From positions 1 to 43,891 of the forward strand of contig NKIB01014399.1 of assembly GCA_002256025.1 (NCBI GenBank): a DNA stretch of 43,891 nt. Direction: 5' to 3'. Every line of letters starts with the position of its first letter. The first letter of the stretch is position 1. Made by a program: the position numbers and the translations under genes. Below the pieces are notes generated by a model. It was not told the DNA's origin and searched no databases. It saw only the letters and a list, made by a program, of their open reading frames with translations. Source of the stretch: Asterionella formosa (Eukaryota). Below are positions 10,796 through 22,731 of the stretch, piece after piece.

Positions 10796-12740
10796 GGCGA
10801 TTCCCGCTCCAGCTATATCGTCTTGCCATTCGGGTACTTTTAAGTAATTTTTAGGCTCTAAGTAATTTCTTAAGTAATTTTTATTTAAGGGCAATATGGG
10901 GCACATCGAATTTTTCGGCAATAAAATTGCCGATTTTAGAATGACAACCAGAATAACGGTAATATGCGTAGAGATGGTACAACAAGCGTAAAACACACGA
11001 GAATGATTGTAACATGCAACATCAATGAAAATTGAAGATGATGTTTGGAGCAACCTAAGTATGAAATGCGATGTAATAAGTAGCATCAAATGAGAAAAAG
11101 AAAAAATTGTTTTGGGTTAGAAATGAAGTAAAAAATAATAAGAGTTTCAATGGAGATGTATGCATTGTGATATTGTAGTACTTACACAGGCAATTGAATT
11201 TCCATCACCACACAATCAATGACCGAAATAAGAAGGGAAGGAGCTGAACCCAATCTTGACCTGCATCGTTATGTAGCGTAGATGATCTGCTTGCTGTAAC
11301 CAAGCACATCGCTGTAGCTAGGAGCCTGACACAAGTTGCAGTCTTTCCGCCCACAGTCCTCGTTCCTCCCACCAAACAACCCTGATCATCATTCCATGAT
11401 TCCAATCCATTCTGATTGAGTATAATCGCCAGGCTGCTCCAGCACTATCGACTCCCTCTAGCTGAATATACATAGCTTCTGATAAGAACTCGTAGTAGAA
11501 ATGTAGCAAAGCGTGTTGTTACAAGAAAAGCATTGCTTGGCGGCAATATTGACATCATTGTCAACGACTATACAAATCAACAAATATGATCAACAATGGC
11601 ACAATACCACATCTTCAATGATTAGTCATTGATAAATGCATTGGTTCTTATGTAGAAATATACAATCGAAACAAAACGACAGTGCGGAACGACAAACAAT
11701 GACGGAAGTGATCAAACAAACCATGGAAGCAATCAAATCAGAAAGTCGATAAATATGATCTACAATCCACATTCAGTGTTTCACTGTTGTACTCACCGAT
11801 CCGCTTCAACTAGCATAACAAGCAGCAGACGATGGGATAAAAGCAAAACAAATGTTGCCTATTGCAAGCCCGAATAGAGCAAAGGCAGGCAAGATGGAGT
11901 AAGAACTATATTTGTGAGGACGAAATCGGGCATGAGGTATGTAAAATCAATGAATATGTGAACGATATAATGCAACATTTCAGCCAGGTCTTGTAAAAAT
12001 AATACCGAGTCTACAGAGATAAATTATAATATGTCAAAGTAAGTGTTAAAGTATAGCTTAAACCATGCATGGTTGCTTTTAGTACCACGTACGTAGTATA
12101 TAGACTAGATGACTGCCGGTACCGGTAGAATATCCGTTAAGCATCATTACTTACATGACCGGAGCAAAAACTTGCCACCAACATCAGATGTATCGATATC
12201 ATCGTTCGTCCGACGAAATATGGACGATGCGACTACATGAATACCTCGAGAAGACAAGCAATCCAACAATCAACCGCATCCATTAGGCAAAGAATCGCTA
12301 CTGGCGTCATCGCGGAACTGATTTCGCTTCAAACCGGTCATGATGGACAACGATTGGCATGGTGAAAGGTGAATTGCCGAGTCCACTTTTCAGGAGAGGA
12401 AGAAAAACGAGGTGAATTCTAGATATAAATTATTAGAATCTTTATAGTCTATAAAATGGTTTCCTTAAGTAGACCCCTTGCCGATTTCGGCAATCCCAGG
12501 GCTGGAAAACCGAGAGGCAACTGCTACAAATTGTAATGCCAAAATGCGAAGATATGAAATATACGAAATATAATTTAATGATGGGCAATATCGGACCTTT
12601 GGCAATTTTCGAGGTTAAGATAGGAAATATACGAAATGTATTTTATATGATGGGCAATAGTAGGCTAAAATCGACATTTATGCTAAATTTGTGGGCAGTA
12701 GGTAAGCGAATGACGCGACGATAGCTAGAGCGGGAATTGC
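10796..12740 (+). mobile_element. Element A copy 2, complete ~1.95-kb non-autonomous element with terminal inverted repeats
   Basis: Starts GGCGATTCCCGCTCCAGCTATATCGTC and ends GACGATAGCTAGAGCGGGAATTGC. Left end matches 3402-3567 (reverse complement), and the right 1.4 kb matches 1-1390. No convincing ORF. Confidence 0.88.
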
Positions 12741-12745
12741 TTAAA

Positions 12746-12839
12746 GCAATACTCGCCCGAGGTGGCTACATGCCTTCTCGTATACATGTGTACAGGTACT
12801 CGCAGCCATGAGACCACCTCGGGCAGAGGGGTGTAATGC
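12746..12839 (+). repeat. Element B copy 3, internally deleted (~94 bp)
   Basis: GCAATACTCGCCCGAGGTGGCTACATGCCTTCTCGTATACATGTGTAC...TACTCGCAGCCATGAGACCACCTCGGGC...GTGTAATGC followed by CTTCA-GCA; both outer arms of B are kept and the centre is lost. Confidence 0.85.
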
Positions 12840-12943
12840 CTTCAGCATGCAACATATGTACTGTGCGCTACCATCAGGTTGTTTACCACAAAATTCTCGT
12901 ATGGAACAAGCAAAAAAAAAACCGATAGATCACAACATCAACC

Positions 12944-14697
12944 ATGACTATCTTTAAGCTCTCGGCTTTATTCACAACAGGGATACTGCTACTTGCTAGC
13001 CATTCTGAAGGGCACAGCTTCTACATTAGCAAGCAAAGCTTTTCGAACCGCAAGTCTGTTCTTCTTCAAATTCGCGGAGGCGCCACCAAAGCTAAACTAG
13101 ACGTTGCTTCTCGTACTTCAAAACAACCAACAACCACAACTGAAGGAGCCTCGATTCCTAGTGAAGTGTTTAATCTGGTAAAAGGAATTGTCGGAGTTGG
13201 CGTGCTTAGTTTACCCGCTGGTGAGTCATAGACTAGCTCATATTTACATATTTGGTACCACCAAAGAGTGAACCCCTTATACGTCTGTGTCACAACCACC
13301 AATCTAATGTCACAATAACAATTCCGTTGACAACATTCACAGGTGTTGCTGCTTTCGGAAATGCACAGTCCGCCGTCCTCCCTGCAATTCTTTTGATTAC
13401 TATCATTGGTATTCTTTCTGGATTCGGTTTCGCTTTGATCGGAAAAGTGTGTGCCTACACGGGTGCTACCTCTTGTGAGTGATTCTCGAATATATTTTTC
13501 GTTCTTGGTTGTCCCCTCCTAATCTCTTTACTTTCGTACTCAGACCGAGATGCCTGGAGCAAGACTGTCGGTGAATCCACTAGTTGGATTCCTGCTTGGT
13601 CTTGTACATTGAAGACCTTTTTTGCCTGTCTCGCTTACAGCATGGTTCTTGGCGATACCTTTTCCAAGTTGCTTGGTACCGTTCGTAATCCCACTCTACT
13701 CGTTGTAACGGGGGTTATTTTATTGCCCCTTTGTTTGCTGAAGAATCTGAAGTCCTTGGCCCCATTTTCTCTGCTGGGTGTGATGGGCATGGTACGTTTG
13801 GGTTACTGGAATCAATTGAACCAATCAACTTGAAGCTCACAATAGCATCCCATTCTGCCCGACATTTCTCGTTACAGGGCTTCACCGCGTTGGCCATGAC
13901 GGTAAGATTCCTCGATGGCAGTTACTCAGAGGGCGGAAATTTGCTGGGTCATGTTGGAACGGATCTGGTTCCTCGCTTTGGAGACAAAGGGATCGTATCC
14001 GTTTTTTCCAGCAATGCACTCATCTTGGTATGCATGTTGAGCACAGCCTACATGGCTCATTTTAACGCCCCAAAGTTTTATCTTGAGCTCAAGAATAATA
14101 CTATGGCAAGATATCATTCTGTTGTGTCTTGGAGTTTCGGCATATCCATCCTCCTCATGGGAGCCATGACTACATTGGGATTCTTAACCTTTGGTGAAGC
14201 CTGCAGTGGCTTGGTCTTGAACAACTATGCGTCGTCCGATGTTTGGATGAGCTGTTCTAGGATCGCAGTAGCCGTTTCTCTGGTATTTTCGTAAGTAAAT
14301 CGCGCCAAATCTGGTGATTGTGTTTTGCAATCCTGTGAACTGATTCATTTTCAATAGATACCCACTTGCATTTGTTGGCTGCCGTGATGGCGTTTTGGAT
14401 TTGTTGCAAGTGCCTTCTGAAAAGAGAACCTCTTCGACCCTCAATTTATTAACCGTTGCACTTTTGGCTGTCTTGACGACTCTGGCGTGCAACTTGAAGG
14501 ATGTGTCCTTTGTTTTAGCCTTCGGAGGCGCTACGCTTGGCAATGCACTGACATATGTCTACCCTGCTATCATGTACCGGACTGTTGTCAAGCAGCAAGG
14601 AAGAAAGGAGTCCACTGGAGTTGCGGTTGCCATGAGTTCTGCCGTTTTGGGTGTTGTTATGGGTGCTATTGGAGCTAAAATGGCACTCGGGAAATAA
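12944..14697 (+). CDS. Amino acid transporter (Aa_trans/AAAP, SLC38/AVT-like), 469 aa, 5 exons, signal peptide plus IRGG motif
   Basis: Exons 12944-13220, 13343-13474, 13544-13791, 13878-14290, 14358-14697; all introns GT-AG; total 1410 nt in frame. Motifs FNLVKGIVGVGVLSLP, LPLCLLKNLKSLAPFS, AYMAHFNAP, GFLTFG, LNNY, SYPL, YVYP. Confidence 0.93.
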
Positions 14698-15174
14698 TCC
14701 TAGCTTTTAGGAACTTTTCCACTCCATGTATCTATCGATAATGCTATAATAAAAAAGGCGCTGTCGTCAAAGTTCAACGATTTCCCTGGACAAAGCGCTG
14801 TATTGGATGGTAGAGATCTTGGTTGTACCTAATTGACTATTCTAAATGAAAATTAAGAAAGACGCAAAATGACTTGTCAAGATAAGTCGAACGCAACAAG
14901 TTTTCAATCAGTCCCATGCGTTCAAACATTGCAGCCATAATAAGTCGTCAGTATAATTTACCAATTGGCTGTTCCTCCACAGTTATTGAGAGTCGTCTTA
15001 GCAGAACTAACAAACTTACAACTCTCGCACGTCGTCTCGACTTGTGACTGGAAAATTTCCGCGCAATCGAACAAGTAACAGACTGCTAAGTAGGAAATTA
15101 TTACTTGCCCAAACTCAGGTCGAAAGGCGACGAAGGCATTACGCAATGCACATTTGATCGATGAGACTTGTACA

Positions 15175-16893
15175 CTATCCCAAGACTGACTTTAGTGCCA
15201 TCTTTGCACCTAGAACTCCCATTCCAAGTCCAAGTCCTGCCGAGCCCAATGCGAATTTGACTTCATTCTTTAAGCCCTGCGGTGCGTCTTTCATCTTGTC
15301 AACCGATCCACGGAACATCAATGCTGGAAAGATATAAATCAGGGCATTTCCAAGAGTAGCTCCTCCAAAGGCCAAAACGAAGGACACATCCCTGAGAACC
15401 AAAGCAAGGCCAGTGATCCCTGACAAACAAGCCACAGTCAATAAGTTCAATCTCTTATTGGATCGATCTTTCATATTGAGCATGTCCAAGACTCCGTCGC
15501 GAACGCCATTGAATACAAGCGGATAACTTTGAAGGACAAAGGGGGACGTGAGACGCTGATCAAAATATTACAATCCAGGCCACTGATTGCCAGCTACTTA
15601 CGAAAATACTAAGGAAACAAAGACAGCGATTCTGCTCAAACTCATTAACCCATCAGCATTCGCGTAATTGTTGAGAATCAATCCATTACTGGCGGATCCG
15701 AAGGTTAAGAAACCCAACGATGCAATCGCAGAAAACAATAGGATCGAGATTCCAAACGAGCTGAACACCACGGTATTGAAACGTCCCACAGTGTTGTTCT
15801 TTAACTCTTTGTAAAACTTTGGTGCGTTGAAGTGGGCCATATATGCTGTCGACAGCATGCTCACAAGAATGAAAACGTTTGGGGACAAGGCAGCAGCAGC
15901 ACCTGCATTGCCGAACTTTGGAGCAAAATTATTAGCCACAACGAATTTCCCACCAACTGCATAAGCTTTTCCAAAGTACCGAATGGCCATGGCGATAGCC
16001 GTATAGCACTGTGACGAAATTGTTGGATTTAACAGAGGTTTGTTGAGTCCGTAATAGAGGAAGCGAAAATAGGCAATCGTCTGAACGTACCATTCCGAGA
16101 CTCCCCAGCAATGAAAAGGGGGCCAAACTGGATAAATTCTTCATCCAACACAGTGGTAGGAGAAGTGTGGAAGTAACAGCCAACAAGGCTGGCGTCCTGC
16201 CGACGGTGTATCCCGCGGTTTGCACGAGACTGGTGGTTGTGTCTGCCAAAATCATACTATAGGCCAAGACAGCGCAGCTAGTCTTGAAGGTACAGCTAAC
16301 AGCCGGCAACCAACTGCTACCCTCGGCGATAGACTTACTCCATGCTTCACGATAACTGTTTGCGCCAGTATAGCTACACACTCGACCAATCAATGAAAAG
16401 CCATACGCGGATAGTGCCCCAATGGAGGCAACCAGGGCAACTGCGGGAATGACAGCCGATGGTGCGTTTCCAAAGGCAGCAATTCCTTACATCAAAGAAA
16501 ATAATTATATGTAAGATGAGTTCACGGGGTTTGTGGTCTATCGAAAAGGCAAAAAGGCTCCATCGGTGGAAGCGTAACAATACAAGGAGATCAACAACTC
16601 TGGCCAGAGCGCTACAACTTACCTGCTGGTAAACTCAAGACGCCAGCACCTACAATTCCCTTGACGAGATTGAAGATTTCGCTTGAAATGCTGGCAGTGC
16701 CTCCGCTGGTTGGCTGTTCAGGAGTTGCAACTGAGATGCTTTCATAGAGCTTAGTGCTGTATTGGCGACCATGAAAAGGTGCAGCTATGGATCCTTTGCT
16801 CAATGGAGATTTCACTAGATTACCAGCTGGCAAGAGAGAAAAGCCGGTGACCGCGGCCGATAAAGCCAGGAGAGTAATAGCTCGTAACTGCAT
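15175..16893 (-). CDS. Amino acid transporter (Aa_trans/AAAP), paralogue of the neighbour, 474 aa, 4 exons, bipartite plastid-type presequence
   Basis: Exons 16893-16623, 16485-16091, 16008-15602, 15526-15175; GT-AG introns; total 1425 nt in frame. Motifs FNLVKGIVGAGVLSLP, AYMAHFNAPKFY, GFLTFG, VLAFGGATLGNAL. N-terminus MQLRAITLLALSAAVTG-F. Confidence 0.93.
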
Positions 16894-17015
16894 AATGGTG
16901 AAAGCAAAACGAAATCAATGTAGCTTGATGAGAATATCTGAAACAAAAAAGCAGTGATAGATCATGATGGTCCATTAAAAAAGTAATGATGATGTCTCTG
17001 ACAGCTGAAATATCT

Positions 17016-17215
17016 GGTACCGGTACCTGGTACCAGGTATCTGGCAGTCAATTCTCAAATACACCTTCCTCCCAGTCGGGTCTACCTTGTAACAGGTAGA
17101 CTGCCAGTACTGGTACTGGTAGTTTGCCTTTCACATTCTTGGTGGTACTGTATCAGCCTAGTACCAGCTACCAGGTACTCCTTACAAGGGTACCTGGTAC
17201 TAGGGTACCAGGTAG
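17016..17215. repeat. GGTACC(A/T)-rich quasi-palindromic array upstream of the minus-strand transporter
   Basis: TGGTACCGGTACCTGGTACCAGGTA at 17015-17039 and GGGTACCTGGTACTAGGGTACCAGGTAG near 17188-17215. Confidence 0.7.
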
Positions 17216-17282
17216 TATTATATTCGTGCGTTGCACTTGTTGACCGCCGATCATTTGCCGCCGAGCAAGCTGTGTTACCAAC

Positions 17283-17366
17283 ACGTTGCGGTAATTTTGC
17301 TGAACTAAAGATTTAGCTATCTTTATCCGATATTAAATTGGTTTTTTAAGCAAAATGACTGCAAGT
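17283..17366. mobile_element. Small MITE-like element, copy 1 (~85 bp)
   Basis: Imperfect ~21-bp inverted ends (GTTGCGGTAATTTTGCTGAA / TTAAGCAAAATGACTGCAAG); core ACTAAAGAT.TAGCTATCTTTATCC shared with 40357-40447. Confidence 0.75.
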
Positions 17367-19849
17367 AACCCAATTTTGTAGACTTTCAGCAAATTTAATG
17401 CATTTCCTGAAATTTCCTGAAAGTCATAGTCATTTCCTGAAATTAATAGGAATTTTCTGAAAGTCATAGTCATATGCTGTGTGTACGCTCTTTTTTGCAA
17501 CTAGAAGAATATTTCCTCTTTTGTTGTATTATTCATTACAAATTCCTTAACCATGATGTGCCTTTGAATAAGCGGCAAGTGCAACCTAGACTAGCCATTC
17601 ATTTCTATACCATTGTTTCTTGTGGGAGTGACGACTATTTACCAGGATCCTCATAGAAACCGTTAAGGTTGCGGCCCCGGCTTAACCCCAGTTTGGAGCA
17701 AAATATCGCTAGGGTTTTAAAATGGCATGGAACAGGGAGTTCTTTTCCGTGAATTCCCATGATTCGATTGTCCATTTGAATCCTTAAATTGAATAGTAAT
17801 TGACGGAAGATTGATAGAGTTCCATGATTTCAAACAAACAAAAATGATATTTACACGTTTATATTATATCTTTGTTGGTGAATGTAAATATGATACATAT
17901 TACTCAAACCAAAACACATATAGAAATCATTAGTATGCCGGTATGTAAAATCAAAAAAATGATATTTAAGTGTTTATATTGAAGCTAGTACGTTGCTGGA
18001 GCGATGTAGATTTAATATTTCTCTACGCCCAAAAGCATCTACTGTCGGTATATAAATCATATAATCAGTGCGTAGTACCGGTATGTAAACTTGGTTCATG
18101 ATAATGGAAAAACCACCGGTACCTGTAGTACTGATTTTACTTACCAGTATACAGTGGATCTAATACATGTGGTTCAAGTATGGCTAGCGTGATTTTACAG
18201 GATCGGGAAACTCCGGCCAGCAATCTGGAACAGATGGGTAAATTCAATTCAACCAATTAGAATATATGTACTAGCGATCCGAGAACTTGTTAGCATGGAG
18301 TCTTTTCGGACAGAGAATTCTGCAGGAAAACATACCTACGCAAGATTCCTAGCTATGTCTACGAGAAAGCTTTCACACGTACAAATTCCGTTTCCAATAT
18401 TTTGAGATACGCACTGTTGAAAAAGCCAATCGGGTACTAGCTACCGGTAGACTTTTTGGAGGAGGATCGTTCTACATCAGCGGGGCTTCATGTATAAAGA
18501 ATGCACATCCGTGTACTACCCTATAACTTCAGGAGATCAACTGCAGCAGTTATCCATTGTAGATTTTCAAAGCTTCGTAGACCCATAAGGTAAGCTCAAT
18601 CTTCAGTTTTTGTCAGCAAAGGGAGCGATAAATCACATGGTTCTATTATTGCTCTGTAAATTTATTTTACATTTTAGCCGTCCATTTCATAACAGGAGCA
18701 TTCTTTTGAACGCATCAGTAAGTTGTGGTGCTGCCTGGCTGATGCCGGTTTGTTGTTTCAATCCGACTGCCCCGAGAAACAGTTGAATACTACCACATCT
18801 GTGTGTTGCTTTCTGCTGCTGCTAGTTCCATCATTTGAATTACTGACACACTGTTGTTATGTATATCTTTGCAGGTCAATGAAGAATTCATTTCTAGGAC
18901 AAAAAGGAAGCCATTGTGTGATGCATTCATGTTGCAACTTTGTACAATGATGCCTGTTCAAGAGTGAATAATTTTCCCCTTCTGAATGAACGGCTTCTCT
19001 TCGTCTTGCAATGTCATTACAGATGTTTCATAATGACTGCCTTCTCAAGACTGAAGATTCCATTCTGATTGAACAGCTTTGTTTGATTGCATTTCGAGAT
19101 TCGTTTCCCATGTAATGTGAAATACTGGTAGTTGAATTAGTAATCAACATTATTTGATAGTACTTTTAAATTACGTTAACAAATTTAATACAAGCTACAT
19201 TACATGACCTATATTATAGAATTACGTGAAAAAAAATATAAGGCAATGTGAACTAAATTACAGAATTAATTGAAGTATTTCAAATAATTTCGTGAAGTGT
19301 TTCAAATAATTACGTGAATGTTATCAAGTAATATAGTGATGATCAGGAATGCATGATGCATGATACTCTGATCAAATACTTAATGTGATGTATTCAGATA
19401 ATATATAGATATATTCAAGTGAGCATTTTGATGTATTCAACTAATTCGTGTGATCCATTCAAAATCAACTAGGCTTATATAGGTGAAGGTCACTTCATGT
19501 AATACTTGGCTTAGATGTTGGGAGTGAGTCGAAACTGAATGAGTTTACATAAAACGTGCGCTACCAGGCCTTCCTGGAGTAGCTAATTGTCTGTCGTACA
19601 TTTGTTTTTAGTCAGGCTTCTTGAGAAGGAAAAAATTGATGCATATGGCTGGTTGCAACTTGAAGACCAATATAGTAGGATACGTAGGCCTTAGTATAGA
19701 TTTTCTTTTGCATTTAATAATTAAGAGTAAAAAAATTGTGATGCATACAAAAATTGAAACAAATTCTTTGATATATAAATATTGCCCTCCGCACATTTCC
19801 CCTCAAAAGTTATGTAACATTGTTGAGGATCTGTTGTCATCGATCATGT

Positions 19850-21000
19850 TTGTTAATTTTGCTGCTCGCTTCTTATTTGCTTTGTTGCTCTGTTGTTCGC
19901 TATGTTAGATTATAGACACAGGTTGCCTTGCAGAAAGTTGTGCTGAAATTGAGGGCACAGCAGTGTGTTTTGATTTGTTTGACAAGCTTCTCAGCACTGA
20001 TGGGGTTCGCTTCATGTGTTGTTGTTTCAACTTCGCTGTCCATCCTGTCATCTTGTTATTTGTCAAGATCTTTCCCAACCTTGAAGTATGCACATATACA
20101 TTGTATTGCTTGCCTTGAGAAACTTCTAATCCTTTTTGTTGTTAACACTTTGTCTGTTGACATGCTCTCTCGTACCACAGACCTGAAGTTCTTTTTACCC
20201 TTTTTCCTCTTCAGAGAAACCCGACGGTAAGAATTCTTGGCGCAAGCCCAAGAATACTTGATTCCCTCTCCTGCAATTTCATAGTGACATTTTGCCGTTC
20301 GGTCAACAAGTACTCCCATTTCCCTTCCCATTGACTGCAATAGTGTCTCCTCTTCCTCGAAATCAAGACAGCCAGTTTCCATCAACAACTTCAAAGAAAA
20401 ATCTTTCAGGACAAATCCAAATGTATCCTGCTTTCCCTTCAATGTGGCTGCAGCTCTACAATCTCAATTTGTCAATAAATCCATGCTCCCAAAGTACCTG
20501 CAACAGACCTTTTTTGCCTTCCATAACTTTTGCTTTAGTCTCTTCAATTGGTAAGTTGTGTTCTCACGCCTTTGATTGTATTGCTTGCTTCTTACCCTTT
20601 GCTCCATGTGTGGTTTGAATTTGTTTCAATTTTGACTTGAAATCCTTAGAGTCCAAGAAGTCACAGTGCAACAATAGCTTACAGCACTCTGCTCCTCCTT
20701 GTACCCCTTAAGCAGGTTTATTGAATTTCGGATGGACAAGTGCCGGCCGGTAGGGCCTTTTCATGTATATATTTCGACCAGGTTTTCTTTGGCATATTGT
20801 TGAATACTCATGCAGATTTCAGGGTTGGCGTGGAGGGAGGAGGGTGATAGATCTTTTGAGTTTATTTTCAGTTTGAGCTTGTGGTGTTTTCGTAAATTGT
20901 GGTACCACTTGGAGACAATGTAGCCATGCATGTGTGACAAGTGTGAGAACAGTGCAACATTGTCCCCAGCTCCAGATATTCATGTCATCTTATGCAATTT
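19850..21000 (-). pseudogene. Decayed IS630/Tc1/mariner-type transposase, internally deleted
   Basis: Fragments KKGLLQVLWEHGFID (~20470-20515) and CLDFEEEETLLQSMGREMGVLVDRTAKCHYEIAGEGIKYSWACAKNSYRR...RIRSFSRQA..ICAY (20056-20442), matching the PKxHxE...IExxWxxAK block. Multiple stops and frameshifts; boundaries approximate. Confidence 0.8.
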
Positions 21001-22731
21001 GGAGTGAGTGAGAAATGTAATACTAGCAATTTTGATGGATGTTCCACCTGTGATGATGAGTGATGTTGTCTCCTTGGTTAAGTGGGTTGAAATTCTGAAT
21101 CAATGGGAGGTATCCAGAGCTGGAGTTATTTGTTTGCACAAAGATTTCTTTTCTTTTGTGATTGCATTCAGGGTGAACTCATTTGATAAAGGGTTGAAGA
21201 TTTTCTTGGCTTGAGGGTAGTCCCATTGTGTTGTTTTTGGTTTCTGGATGTCGTTTTTGCTGCTGAGAGTAGTGGATGAAATTATGAGTCCTCTACTAGC
21301 TAGCTGGATGTCGTTTCTCAGTAATTGGGACAGTGAAGCAGTAGCTGGTTCTGACGAAACATCAGTCCCCCCTTTAGCATTAATAATTTACTAGTACTAG
21401 CTAGTAATTGCTTCTTTCCCTTCTTCTTTTTCTTGAATTCAATTATTCTCCAACTAGACTAGTCATAATAGCTTTGATATTGGAACCAAAACTTGTACGT
21501 AGAGAAACGTTTTTCTCCAATAGTCAAGGTGAATTACTACTACCACTAGATGATATCACATGACAATCACAAAATTTTTGACCATTATGACCCCGATTTC
21601 CACTTCTTAGCAGCCTCTTCAATTTATCTTCCCACTCAGACAATATATATATATATATGTAGGAAGTTTAGGAACCGCTGATGCGTCTTTCTTGCTGTAA
21701 TATAAACAAGTCATTGCCTACTTTTTTCCTTTGTTTGATAATCATGTCGAAATATCATCACCTTCCTGCCTGTGGAAATCTCGACCTCATTTGCTTCCAA
21801 AGATAGATTTGGAAACACCTTATTGAGATACCTTATCAATCTATTAGGAGTAACGTTTATATTAACGCCATGGGAGTGCTTTCATGACGATATTCCCTGG
21901 ATTGATTGACCGGCAATCAAACACCATGAATGGCAGGGTCACTGATAGCAGCCATAACTGATATTGCTACAACTTTTTGAATACCATGTGAAAAGTGATT
22001 CCCCAAAAGCATTCCACTCATGACTCGAAGAACGCATCTAAAAGCCTTCAGGGAATAATTTTTGCGCAAGTAACTGCGGCAATATTGAGCAACATGGTGG
22101 TGAGGTGATCGAAGCAGACAAATTGGCGTGATATTCCTTAAACCTATAGAGATAAGGATAATATTTTGTACCAGTTCTACGTGGGCTACTATAATTATTT
22201 TTTTGATGCAACCAGCCTTAGTACAGGAACACTGCTTATGACCTAATGTAGAATCAGGAATCTCTGTGTTTCAACAATAGCGGTACAATTTCTATTGGCC
22301 AAGGCAGTGGATGCTGAGAGGAAGCATTCCGGGTACCTGGTACCGGTATACATGGTTGGATGACGTCTGATGGCTCCTTCATCATGATGATGTTGTGAAG
22401 AAAAAGAATGCAAATCTTATTCGAATAAAACAATAATCATCGAATCGGCCTGATTATCTTTGAAATCGACAAATTACAGCCGCGGTAATGTACTGGTAGA
22501 TAGGTGAGAAGTCATCCTAGTCAACAACAGACTTGACTATCATGATTCGTTGTCAGACGGCCCCCTATCTTGCTGATTCTCATGCCTGTCTTGTTCCACA
22601 ACAGGAATTCTTAGCTCGTGTTCGCTTTCAAGGTTTATTCATCACTGACAGCCATCTGCTGTTTGACTGGTGTTGGGTTCCTGATCGATTTTATTTTCTT
22701 GTCACCACCGTTGTTGACATACTTCTAAACC

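Noticed and set aside
10796..12740. Element A as a PIF/Harbinger MITE (GGC terminus, TNA-like flanks)
   Set aside because: Flanks differ (TGA versus TAA/TTA; GGT at 3568) and the only linked enzyme is recombinase-like. Disfavoured but not excluded.
17400..17473. Short CATTTCCTGAAA / GTCATAGTCAT repeats
   Set aside because: Local slippage-type duplication with no further structure.
22130..22240. CXC/tesmin-like domain on the minus strand (CSCTKAGCIKK)
   Set aside because: Only three cysteines are in frame; the rest needs a frameshift and several assumed Tyr-for-Cys changes.
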